Assembly: GCA_045543615.1 (NCBI GenBank)
Contig: JAZPXL010000005.1
Location: 2,640-66,639 of the forward strand
DNA: 64,000 nucleotides
Reading direction: 5' to 3'
DNA from: Eubacteriales bacterium
GTDB taxonomy: Bacteria; Bacillota; Clostridia; Oscillospirales; CAG-272
Shown piece by piece: positions 27,624-36,481 of this stretch (position 1 is the stretch's first letter; each line of letters starts with the position of its first letter). The notes beneath the pieces are model-generated. The model saw only the letters and a program-made list of their open reading frames with translations, did no database searches and had not been told where the DNA came from. The position numbers and the translations under genes were made by a program.

Positions 27624-28523
27624 TTATTCTTCGTCAAGATCGCTACGGTTGTAGCCAAAGTTGCGCACAAGGCCCTCGCTCTCACGCCAGTTTTCCTTGA
27701 CCTTTACCCACAAATCAAGATAGATCTTACCTCCTGTGAGCTTTTCAAGCTCTTCACGGGAATATGAACCCACCTTTTTAAGTATCTCGCCGCCCTTGCC
27801 GATGATTATCTGCTTATGAGACGCCTTCTCGCAGATAATCTCTGCACGAATAACGGTGAGTGATCTCTTCTCCGTGTATTCCTCTATTACAACGGCAATA
27901 CCGTGTGGTACTTCACGGTCAAGCGCACGGAGTAATTTTTCTCTTATTATCTCAGCAACATACTGGCGCATAGGCTGGTCTGTCGCAACATCATCGGGAA
28001 AGAACCATTCGCTTTCTCTGAGAAAGTGCGAAAGCTCCTCTATAACCTCATCGACATTCTTGCCCGATTTTGCACAAACGGGTACTACTGCATCGAAATT
28101 GTGACGTGATGCGTAGGATGCAATTGTCTCGGCTATGGTTTCTCTCCTTGCAGTATCGACCTTATTGAGCACAAGCACCGACGGCACGCCCTCTTTTTTT
28201 ATGTAAGCGATGACGTCCTCCTCCGTCTTTGAGATCGGTCGTGTTACATCGGCAACGAGCAGTACAACATCTCCCTGCTGCATACCTGCCTTTGCGGCAC
28301 TCACCATATAATCTCCCAGGCGGTTCTGTGGACGGTGGATACCGGGTGTATCGAAGAAGACAAACTGATCCTCTCCGACGGTATGTATACCTCTGATGCA
28401 GTTTCTCGTTGTCTGGGGTTTGTTCGACACGATGGCAACCTTCTCACCGAGAATTCTGTTCATAAGCGTTGATTTTCCGACGTTTGGTCTTCCTACTATT
28501 GAAATAAATACTGTTCTCTTCAT
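27624..28523 (-). CDS. era: GTPase Era
   Basis: G1 GRPNVGKST, G3 DTPG, G4 NKVD, C-terminal KH domain. Confidence 0.95.
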   Translation of the reverse strand: MKRTVFISIVGRPNVGKSTLMNRILGEKVAIVSNKPQTTRNCIRGIHTVGEDQFVFFDTPGIHRPQNRLGDYMVSAAKAGMQQGDVVLLVADVTRPISKTEEDVIAYIKKEGVPSVLVLNKVDTARRETIAETIASYASRHNFDAVVPVCAKSGKNVDEVIEELSHFLRESEWFFPDDVATDQPMRQYVAEIIREKLLRALDREVPHGIAVVIEEYTEKRSLTVIRAEIICEKASHKQIIIGKGGEILKKVGSYSREELEKLTGGKIYLDLWVKVKENWRESEGLVRNFGYNRSDLDEE

Positions 28524-28536
28524 TGTCTTTCCTCAA

Positions 28537-28968
28537 TTATTTCTCATCTTCGCTCATTTTCTTAATAAAATCCGACACGTCATAAGATGACGCCTCTCCC
28601 GTATACTCCATAGCATCCTCACCGAGAGAGCCGGGATTCTTGTGGAAAATATAGAGCTTTTCACCCGACGGGTTATGTGAAAGCATAATATAGGAAATAT
28701 CGCCATCGACAATTCCTACAAAGAGTGTGTAGCGTGCATCGTCAAGCTCAAAAAAGCAGAGCTTGCCGTTTTCTGCGTTCATTTCATCATATTTGTAATC
28801 ATCAAGCTGTGAAAACTCGACGGTTTTGCCGAGATCGGCTATGTATCCCACCATAGCGAGTGGCATAAGTGGACGGTCGTCCACTTCCTCTCCGCACGAT
28901 GAAAGTGTCGGCAAAAGCGCAAGCGTAAGTGCAAGTACAAGGGTTATAATTTTTACATTTCTTTTCAT
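28537..28968 (-). CDS. hypothetical lipoprotein
   Basis: Signal peptide with lipobox LSSC; no recognisable domain. It sits where dgkA/cdd lie in the B. subtilis ybeY-era interval. Confidence 0.5.
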   Translation of the reverse strand: MKRNVKIITLVLALTLALLPTLSSCGEEVDDRPLMPLAMVGYIADLGKTVEFSQLDDYKYDEMNAENGKLCFFELDDARYTLFVGIVDGDISYIMLSHNPSGEKLYIFHKNPGSLGEDAMEYTGEASSYDVSDFIKKMSEDEK

Positions 28969-28969
28969 A

Positions 28970-29446
28970 TCATTTTACCTCAAGTCCTAATATTTTCATA
29001 ATTTCTCTCTGTCTTCCTCGCATATCCTCGTCATCCTCATCGGAAAGCTCGTGATCGTAACCGAGCAGATGAAGTGTTGAGTGAACGCTGAGGAATGCGA
29101 CCTCCCTTTCATACGGATGTCCGAACTGTTCTGCCTGTTGTCTTGCTCTCTCAAGCGAGATGACGATATCTCCAAGCTCAAGCTTCTCTCCGTCAAAGGC
29201 GTCCTCAAGGTTTCCGTCCTCTGCTATCGGGAAGGACAGAACGTCTGTTGGGCGATCAATGCCCCTGTACTCACGGTTCAGCTTGCGAATACCACTATTT
29301 GAAACAAATGTCACGGAAACTGCGCAATCATCTTCGATCTCTTCATATTCGAGCGTTGCTAAAACTGCTTTGTATACAAGCGTCTTGAGCTCTTCGCTTG
29401 CCTTTTCCTTACGACATCTTACTGAATAATCAATACTGAGTTTCAT
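28970..29446 (-). CDS. ybeY: rRNA maturation RNase YbeY
   Basis: HSTLHLLGYDH metal-binding motif. Confidence 0.9.
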   Translation of the reverse strand: MKLSIDYSVRCRKEKASEELKTLVYKAVLATLEYEEIEDDCAVSVTFVSNSGIRKLNREYRGIDRPTDVLSFPIAEDGNLEDAFDGEKLELGDIVISLERARQQAEQFGHPYEREVAFLSVHSTLHLLGYDHELSDEDDEDMRGRQREIMKILGLEVK

Positions 29447-29464
29447 TTTTACTTCCTTTGCGTT

Positions 29465-30481
29465 TTATCCCTTGCGACGATAGTGTGGTGGTCTTTGGGA
29501 TTGTGTGTTTTCTCTTTCGTATTTATCGTATGCGAGAATAATTCGCTGTACAAGCTTATGTCTGACAACGTCCCTGTCAGTAAATGCGTGAATTGCTATA
29601 CCCTCTATTCCGTCAAGGATTTTTACTGCAGAATACAGTCCACTCACCTGACCACCCGGCAGGTCGGTCTGTGTGAGGTCACCCGTCACAACTGCCTTTG
29701 AATTGTTGCCGAGACGAGTCAGAAACATCTTCATCTGCTCAAAAGTGGCATTCTGCGCCTCATCAAGAATGATGAATGAATCATCGAGAGTGCGACCTCT
29801 CATATATGCAAGAGGGGCTACCTCAATTATCTGCTTTTCAAGGTTGCGCTGATAATTCTCAGGACCCATCATCTCAAAGAGCGCATCGTACAGAGGTCTG
29901 AGATATGGATCGATTTTGCTCTGCAGGTCCCCCGGGAGATAGCCGAGCTTTTCGCCTGCTTCAATTGCAGGACGTGTGAGAATAATTCTGCTGACTTGCT
30001 TGTCACGCAGAGCCTTTACTGCCATAGCGACAGCCAGAAAGGTCTTGCCCGTACCTGCAGGACCTGTGCCGAGAACAATAGTGTTCTTTCTTATCGCCTC
30101 GATGTATTTCTGTTGTCCGAGTGTCTTAGGCTTTATGGGCTTACCCTTTGCGCTGACGCAAATGCAGTTCTCGTCAAACGCCTCAAGCTCTCCCTCTCTG
30201 CCGTCCCTGACCATATTGATTACATAAATAACGGTCTGCTCTGCAAGTGTTTCTGTTTTCTCGCCCATTCTTGCAAGGCATTCGATGGCTCTTGCGGCTG
30301 CATCAACGCCCTCTATGCTGTTTCCGCTGATTGTGAGAGATTCACCCTCGCCACCAATCTCCGAGCGATTATGCACAGTGACGCCAAACGCAGCTTCAAC
30401 AAGCTTCATATTGACATCCATAGCACCGTATAGCTTAGCGGCAAGGCCTCCACTGTTTATTTTTACGATTCTTTGTTCCAT
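29465..30481 (-). CDS. phoH: PhoH family ATPase
   Basis: Walker A GPAGTGKT; DEAQN Walker B. Start moved to ATG 30481 (AAAGGA SD). Confidence 0.9.
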   Translation of the reverse strand: MEQRIVKINSGGLAAKLYGAMDVNMKLVEAAFGVTVHNRSEIGGEGESLTISGNSIEGVDAAARAIECLARMGEKTETLAEQTVIYVINMVRDGREGELEAFDENCICVSAKGKPIKPKTLGQQKYIEAIRKNTIVLGTGPAGTGKTFLAVAMAVKALRDKQVSRIILTRPAIEAGEKLGYLPGDLQSKIDPYLRPLYDALFEMMGPENYQRNLEKQIIEVAPLAYMRGRTLDDSFIILDEAQNATFEQMKMFLTRLGNNSKAVVTGDLTQTDLPGGQVSGLYSAVKILDGIEGIAIHAFTDRDVVRHKLVQRIILAYDKYERENTQSQRPPHYRRKG

Positions 30482-30495
30482 TCTTAGTCCTTTCG

Positions 30496-31758
30496 TCATT
30501 CTCCCGAGCTTACAAAAAAGGGGGACGGCTTTGCTATATCCTCTATGCACACAAGAGTGCAGACAAGCACAACTCCTCGTCCGTCATCGCTTTCGTGCGT
30601 GTGGGTGTTTTTTCGAAGTATCTCACATTCAGCGCATTCTGAATCAATAATCCTCGACAGCTCAAAATAAGCAAGGCTTTCTGCCATCTGCTTTGTGCGT
30701 CTTTCTTCCCTTTGACTTGAAACAAGCTCTCTCGTTATCTCTATACCGATTGGGATTTTTCGCTCATTTGATGAGTATATATAAAACTCCGAGTTTATTG
30801 TATCACATTTTGCCACCTCATTTCCACCCTTTTTGAAAATTTTTTGCCTGAAAGAGAAAAAAATAATTGAAATTTCACGCACAGGACGGCTTTCCGGAAC
30901 AATCACAGTATAATCATAAGGCACAAACACCTCCACTATCCTTTCGGTTTGTGCAAACACCTTGCCTTTCGCTTTGAGCGCACGGAAGCCGTAGCGTCCG
31001 CTGTCAACAAGTCCGCTTGCCAGAAGCTCACCCGCCTTCACCGTCTGCCCACTCTCAACCACAGCCTCGCCTGCTATAAGCTCAAATCCCGAAATAAGTC
31101 CGTCTCTGCTTGCTACAAGGTTGACTCCATCTCCCTCGCACTCCTCAATTGGCCTTGGTGCTTGCACCTCTACAAGCTCTACCTCTGCCACAGTTCCTCT
31201 TATATTTACCGAGATCCAGGCAATACTCTCGCTGTGCCGAGCGATCTCGGTCTGTATCAGATCCACATCTATATTTTTAAGTGGTACACCGAGATACAGC
31301 CCGTTTTCTTCAAGTACATCAAGTACCTCGCCATCGCTCAGTATAGCGTTACCATTTATACTTATTTCCCACAGCACAGTCCGGCTTATGCAGACGAGTG
31401 CGACAGCAATCGCAAGTCCCAAAAGAGCGAACGGACGATGGATCAAAAATCCAAGGATGCGAGGAAGACCGAAGATAAGCCTGCTTTTTGTATTAATACC
31501 GTGTATTTTGCAAATGCTCAGCACAGCTTTTGCATCAAGCACACTCATTTCTACGCTTGCGCATTCCTGCCCCTCCCCCTCACTTACAGAAAAGTTCCGA
31601 TAGCGCACACCACAGCTAAGCAGAACGTTGAACAGCCCTTCAGCGTCCTCCTTTTTTATCTCTATACGCACGACTCCGAGAAAGAAATCTGCAACGCTTC
31701 GCACAGAAAAGCGATCTTTTTTGTCTCTGTTTTTATTCTTGTTTTGCTTACTTTGCAT
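30496..31758 (-). CDS. yqfD: sporulation protein YqfD
   Basis: Position between yqfC and phoH; single central TM segment; about 420 aa. Start ATG 31758 overlaps the yqfC 3' end. Confidence 0.75.
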   Translation of the reverse strand: MQSKQNKNKNRDKKDRFSVRSVADFFLGVVRIEIKKEDAEGLFNVLLSCGVRYRNFSVSEGEGQECASVEMSVLDAKAVLSICKIHGINTKSRLIFGLPRILGFLIHRPFALLGLAIAVALVCISRTVLWEISINGNAILSDGEVLDVLEENGLYLGVPLKNIDVDLIQTEIARHSESIAWISVNIRGTVAEVELVEVQAPRPIEECEGDGVNLVASRDGLISGFELIAGEAVVESGQTVKAGELLASGLVDSGRYGFRALKAKGKVFAQTERIVEVFVPYDYTVIVPESRPVREISIIFFSFRQKIFKKGGNEVAKCDTINSEFYIYSSNERKIPIGIEITRELVSSQREERRTKQMAESLAYFELSRIIDSECAECEILRKNTHTHESDDGRGVVLVCTLVCIEDIAKPSPFFVSSGE

Positions 31759-32074
31759 CGTCCTCGTCCTCCATCTCATCGCCAAAGGCAAGTGCGCAAA
31801 TCTCACCCTCAATACTGACTCTTCTCTCACAAAATGATGATGCGATAAGTCTTCTGCCACGTATTGTAATGATACCAAAGTTTACCACAAGCTTTATTCT
31901 CACGCTTGAATATTCCACCATTTCTCTGCATCCACACACAAGAAGTCTTTCCCTGCCTCGCAGCTCAATCATCGGCGCATCGCCAAGCACATCGGGTGGA
32001 ACGTCTGCTATTTTGCTCAACAGCTCCGACAAGCTCGCCCTCTTATCTGTTTTCTTTTTTCTCCTCTTATCCAT
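31748..32074 (-). CDS. yqfC: sporulation protein YqfC (YabP/YqfC family)
   Basis: PMIELRGRERLLVCGCREMVEYSSVRIKL and ITIRGRRL segments typical of YabP/YqfC. Start moved to ATG 32074. Confidence 0.7.
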   Translation of the reverse strand: MDKRRKKKTDKRASLSELLSKIADVPPDVLGDAPMIELRGRERLLVCGCREMVEYSSVRIKLVVNFGIITIRGRRLIASSFCERRVSIEGEICALAFGDEMEDEDDAK

Positions 32075-32172
32075 ACCTTCTCCGAATACACACCTCTGTG
32101 GACGAATAGAATTTATTGCCACACGGTTTTTGTTAATAATTTGCTATATTTTATGCAAGGGAGGTCTTTACA

Positions 32173-33273
32173 ATTACATCAAAGCCTTATGAGAGGTGGA
32201 CGGCATTCCCAATTCTCTTCTGTACTCTTCTGTGCTCTTCGCTGTTTTTCATCTATCAAAACACAGCATCAGCCGCTATGGTCGATGCACTTGCGCTTTG
32301 CTCACGCAAGGTTATACCGACCTTGTTTCCGTTTATGGTACTCTCAGAGATGGCTCTCTCGTGCAGTGCGCAAATAAAAAAAGGACGTCTTCACTCCGTC
32401 CTTAACGCAATAATGCAAAAGCTTTTTGGCGTATCGGGTGCTGCGTTTTCTGCCCTGCTTTTCGGTATCCTTTGTGGTGCGCCTGTCGGTGCAAAAACTG
32501 CCTTGACGCTCTATCGGACCGGCGAGCTTTCAAGGGAAGAGACGGAGAGTGTGCTTTGCTTTTGCAATTATCCATCCCTCCCTTTCGTTGTCTTCGTTGT
32601 AGGTGGCGGTATGTTGGGTGATAGGAAAACGGGCTTGTTTTTATACATATCAATTCTTCTGTCGGGATTGATCAGTGGATTTGTTCTTTGCAAGCTTTTG
32701 AGAGGACGGCACACGGAAAGCTTTTTGCCTGTGCACGATAGTACAGAAAAAGAAAGCTATTTTTTCTTTGCCACACTTTCGTCCTCCCTTCGTTCTTCTT
32801 CCCTCGCCTGTCTCTATGTAACTGCGTTTATTGCTTTTTTCTCGTCGCTTTCGTCCTGTCTCAACATTCTCCTTGCACCATTATTCCCACAACATCTGTT
32901 AGCTCTTATCGTCTCTGTCTTTGAGATGACATCGGGCGCAGCCGCTGCCACCTCTGCAGGAGGTCTGCGTGGAGCTCTGTGTTGCGCAGCAGCTCTTGGA
33001 TGGGGTGGCATTTCTGTGCATTTACAGATAATCAGCCTTTCTGATACATCCACAATCAGCTTCCGAAAATACATAGCTTCAAAGCTCCTCTCCGCCATCC
33101 TTTCTGTTTCATTCTTTGCTTTTTTCCTGATCTTTCTTCATCTGCCCGCCTCTTCATTTTCCCAAAGCGTCAGCGTGTTCAATCTGTTTCCCTCAATACC
33201 AAGCACATTCGGGGCTTTCTCCAACATATCTTTTCTTTTTGGGCTGTGTCTTTTACTTTGTCAAAAAACTTGA
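32173..33273 (+). CDS. YlbJ-like sporulation integral membrane protein (nucleoside-recognition/Gate domains)
   Basis: KVIPTLFPFMVLSE and GILCGAPVGAK motifs resemble YlbJ. The first canonical ATG is 32278, but the frame is open from 32140 and encodes the expected N-terminal TM helix. ATT 32173 lies 8 nt after GGAGG (see findings). Confidence 0.55.
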   Translation: MTSKPYERWTAFPILFCTLLCSSLFFIYQNTASAAMVDALALCSRKVIPTLFPFMVLSEMALSCSAQIKKGRLHSVLNAIMQKLFGVSGAAFSALLFGILCGAPVGAKTALTLYRTGELSREETESVLCFCNYPSLPFVVFVVGGGMLGDRKTGLFLYISILLSGLISGFVLCKLLRGRHTESFLPVHDSTEKESYFFFATLSSSLRSSSLACLYVTAFIAFFSSLSSCLNILLAPLFPQHLLALIVSVFEMTSGAAAATSAGGLRGALCCAAALGWGGISVHLQIISLSDTSTISFRKYIASKLLSAILSVSFFAFFLIFLHLPASSFSQSVSVFNLFPSIPSTFGAFSNISFLFGLCLLLCQKT

Positions 33274-33298
33274 CATATTCGATAGTTTTTGATATAAT
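33270..33298 (+). promoter_or_regulatory. consensus sigma-A promoter
   Basis: TTGACA (33270-33275, overlapping the ylbJ stop), 17-nt spacer, TATAAT (33293-33298). Confidence 0.65.
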
Positions 33299-33352
33299 TA
33301 AACAGGTGATGCGATGCGTCATCAAATCCACTTATAACGGTTGGGGAAAGAT

Positions 33353-34318
33353 ATGGGCTTTAATCTTTACGAACTTGGTGTTCCTTATTCTATGTGGACG
33401 CTTATCGTTGCAGTTGCAGTACCTTTAATTGCGGCTGTGGCAACCTTTGCTTGTATGTATCGTGCACGCACAGCAAGAAAGCTTGTGACATATTTTGTAA
33501 TGACACCTGTGTATTTTGCAATTGTAGCTTTTCTTTTGAGTGACACATCGTCCGTTCTCTCAAACGCACTTGCGTCAATTGGAATAGGATATCCTCAGCT
33601 TGTCGGTTTTCTTCTCTCTCTCTCTTTCTCACTTCTCTACCTAAGTCTTCTCTCTCTTATATGCGGAGCGGGAATTATGCACAAAAGAGGTGCTGTTACA
33701 AATACAGTATTCACTCTGCTGATCCTCGCTGCCGAGATTTTCCTTACATATCGTGCCTGGGCAGTTCTCACTATGACTGACATAGCTCCCATCCATACAG
33801 TTTCGGTGGCAGAGGCGTTGCCCGTTTTAAATAAACTTTCTTTCTTGCCAAAGGTTATAACCTCTGTTGGAGTTGACATTTGTGCTCTTGTTTTGCTTTC
33901 TGTATATCTTATCGTCTATTTTCTTACATTCATCGCAATAAAGAGCCGTGAGGAAATTGAACGTTCTGAGTTTGAGCGCAGACATCGTGACGCTCTGCGT
34001 GGAGGCGGCAAGAAAAAGCGATGCAAGGGTACAGAGGAAGAAAAAGAGACGGAAGATCCCATTTGCGCACGCTGTCAGTTTGCACGCAAGCTCTTGACCG
34101 AAAAGGGACAGATGATCTGCGACAAGCGTGGTGTCGTTTCAACCACTCATTCTTGCAAGGATTATATTTACGATCCCCTCAAGCGTATACCCACACGCCC
34201 ATCCTTTTCAGTTCCCGAAGTATTCGAGCCCGTGGAAGATGCGCCCACGGACACGCCCGACCAAAACAGCGAAACCGTGGAGCAACCTCTTTCATCTGTT
34301 GCCGATACAAACGAATAA
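33353..34318 (+). CDS. hypothetical polytopic membrane protein with C-terminal 4-Cys motif
   Basis: About 6 TM helices; charged linker; then CARCQFA...MICDKRGVV...HSCKDYIYDPLKR; acidic tail. Confidence 0.5.
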   Translation: MGFNLYELGVPYSMWTLIVAVAVPLIAAVATFACMYRARTARKLVTYFVMTPVYFAIVAFLLSDTSSVLSNALASIGIGYPQLVGFLLSLSFSLLYLSLLSLICGAGIMHKRGAVTNTVFTLLILAAEIFLTYRAWAVLTMTDIAPIHTVSVAEALPVLNKLSFLPKVITSVGVDICALVLLSVYLIVYFLTFIAIKSREEIERSEFERRHRDALRGGGKKKRCKGTEEEKETEDPICARCQFARKLLTEKGQMICDKRGVVSTTHSCKDYIYDPLKRIPTRPSFSVPEVFEPVEDAPTDTPDQNSETVEQPLSSVADTNE

Positions 34319-34322
34319 ACAC

Positions 34323-34366
34323 AAAAACAAGCCTTGCAAACAATGATGTTGCAAGGCTTGTTTTTT
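34323..34366 (+). terminator. intrinsic terminator
   Basis: AAAAACAAGCCTTGCAA / TTGCAAGGCTTGTTTTT perfect stem followed by T-run. Confidence 0.8.
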
Positions 34367-34398
34367 ATAAAAATACATCTTCCTATAATAAATATTTC

Positions 34399-34428
34399 TT
34401 GACAAACACAGGGCAGATGTGTTATTAT
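34399..34428 (+). promoter_or_regulatory. candidate promoter of the LRR-SPFH-ATPase operon
   Basis: TTGACA (34399-34404), 18-nt spacer, TATTAT (34423-34428). Confidence 0.5.
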
Positions 34429-34512
34429 AATCTTGTATATTATTTATAAATATAAGTGACTATAACTTATGTTTATAATATTTTTTCAAAACGCTTCCAA
34501 GAAAGGCAAAAA

Positions 34513-35433
34513 ATGAAATTTCACAACTTGTTTATGAGACTTTTGATCTGCGCTTTGCTCCTTTTTTCGCTCGCGCTGTCGCTTTTTTCCTGCGACGCAT
34601 TTGCTGATACGGAGTATGCGATAGTCTCAGAGAATAATATATCATCCGATGGGTTTGTTTACACTCTCTATGAAAACAAAACGGCCGTCATAACGGGTAC
34701 AGAAAACCCTGTCTCAAAGCTGGTAATACCGATGTCGCTTGACGGCATAAAGGTTACAGGGATTGCCGAGGGTGCTTTTTCCGGCAACGAGAAAATTCTC
34801 TATCTTGAGCTGCCGGGCACGCCCATTTCAATTGGCAAATCTGCTTTCGCCGGCTGTATATTCCTTATCTCAGCAAACCTCAACAGCTCGCTGACAAGAA
34901 TTGAAGACTCGACCTTTGAGCGATGCTACAACCTCTGTTTAGTCGATGGACTTGATGGGGTTGAATATATCGGCTCTTCAGCATTTTCCGATTGTTCGAG
35001 TATCGCAGCCATTTCTCTTCCCTCAACACTTAGGACAATTGAAAACGAGGCGTTCTGTGGATGCACCTCTCTTATGTCTGTAAGCGTTCCATCCTCCGTG
35101 ACGGATATACGCCCATACGTTTTTTCGGGTTGTTCGGCTATGACATTTGCTAACGTAGACTGCAGCACAGCAATTCCTGAATATACTTTTCTCGGCTGCA
35201 ACAATCTCTGCCGTGTTATCATTGGTGACAATGTTACAGGAGTTGGTACACACGCATTCCGTAACTGCTCAAACCTGAGCGTAGCGCATATTGGTTCATC
35301 AGTAAAGCTCATAGAAGAATATGCATTCTTTGGCTGTGACGCTTTGAGCGAAGTTGTTTTTGGTGGCAAAAGCTCATCAATTGACATTCGTGACGGTAAT
35401 GAAGCTATTACCCGTCTTGGTGGAGGTGAGTGA
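34513..35433 (+). CDS. BspA-type leucine-rich repeat (LRR_5) lipoprotein
   Basis: Lipobox LFSC. Repeats of about 23 aa with xAFxxCxxLxxIxLPxSLxxIxxxAF. Start ATG 34513. Confidence 0.75.
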   Translation: MKFHNLFMRLLICALLLFSLALSLFSCDAFADTEYAIVSENNISSDGFVYTLYENKTAVITGTENPVSKLVIPMSLDGIKVTGIAEGAFSGNEKILYLELPGTPISIGKSAFAGCIFLISANLNSSLTRIEDSTFERCYNLCLVDGLDGVEYIGSSAFSDCSSIAAISLPSTLRTIENEAFCGCTSLMSVSVPSSVTDIRPYVFSGCSAMTFANVDCSTAIPEYTFLGCNNLCRVIIGDNVTGVGTHAFRNCSNLSVAHIGSSVKLIEEYAFFGCDALSEVVFGGKSSSIDIRDGNEAITRLGGGE

Positions 35434-35434
35434 G

Positions 35435-36481
35435 ATGAAAACAACACAAAGCAAGTGCTTCTTCTCTGTCGCCATTATCATCAGCCTGCTTCTCCTTTCG
35501 TGCATCGGTTTTTTCGGATGCGACGGAACCCCTGAGCGCACGCCTGTTGATTTTTCGTTTGAAATACACGAGCCGTCGGATGAAATGGGATTTGCTGATG
35601 GCTACGGATATGTTCTTTGTCGGGACGATTGCGTTATGATAACGGACGGTTCGGCTGCAAAGGGAGACGTCGAAATACCTGCAACTATTGCCGGAAAAAC
35701 GGTGGTCGGCATTACCGATTCGGCTTTCCGTAACAACTCCTCGATCACCTCACTTTCCCTGCCCTCCACGCTTGAATATATCGCCTGCTACGCTTTTGCA
35801 AATTGCAGCTCACTTACCTCTGTTACTGCCACAGATACGCTTTGGCAGGTCGGTGGAGGTGCGTTCTCGGATACGCCATTTCTCAAGTCGCAGAGTGATG
35901 AGTTTGTAACCATTGGTGACTCTGTACTGATCGCTTACAACGGAAGCTCCCGTGAGGTTATCATACCTGAGGACATAAAGCACATCGGGGGCGCATTCCT
36001 CGGCAACGGAGAGTTGCTTGGCGTGGTGCTTGGAGACAATGTCCGATCCATTTCCGAATATTCATTTGCAGGCTGTATATCGCTCAGCTCCTTTGATTTC
36101 GGCATTTCGCTTGCCTATATCGGCGATGGTACGTTTGCAAGCGCAGAGATGCTTCAGGGTGTTATTCTGCCCGATACTGTCAAATATATCGGAACTGAGG
36201 CGTTCCTCAACTGCTATCAGATCAAATACGCCTATCTCGGCAATTCCCTTACTTCTGTGGGCGATGAGCCGTTTAGCTACTGCCAGGGACTTCGTTTGAT
36301 ATATCTTCCGTCAACTTTGACGAGTATTCAAAGCGCATATTTTTCCGATTGCGTGTCCCTGACTCTCATCCTCTACGGTGGTTCTGCCGAAGAATTCGAT
36401 GCCATCGCCCTCAACAACGGTGACGGCAGCTTCAAAAAAATTAACATTGTATACAATTACACGGGAGGTATAAATGAATAA
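35435..36481 (+). CDS. BspA-type leucine-rich repeat (LRR_5) lipoprotein
   Basis: Lipobox FFGC; same LRR_5 repeat pattern. ATG 35435 lies 1 nt after the upstream stop, with GGAGGTG SD. Confidence 0.75.
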   Translation: MKTTQSKCFFSVAIIISLLLLSCIGFFGCDGTPERTPVDFSFEIHEPSDEMGFADGYGYVLCRDDCVMITDGSAAKGDVEIPATIAGKTVVGITDSAFRNNSSITSLSLPSTLEYIACYAFANCSSLTSVTATDTLWQVGGGAFSDTPFLKSQSDEFVTIGDSVLIAYNGSSREVIIPEDIKHIGGAFLGNGELLGVVLGDNVRSISEYSFAGCISLSSFDFGISLAYIGDGTFASAEMLQGVILPDTVKYIGTEAFLNCYQIKYAYLGNSLTSVGDEPFSYCQGLRLIYLPSTLTSIQSAYFSDCVSLTLILYGGSAEEFDAIALNNGDGSFKKINIVYNYTGGINE

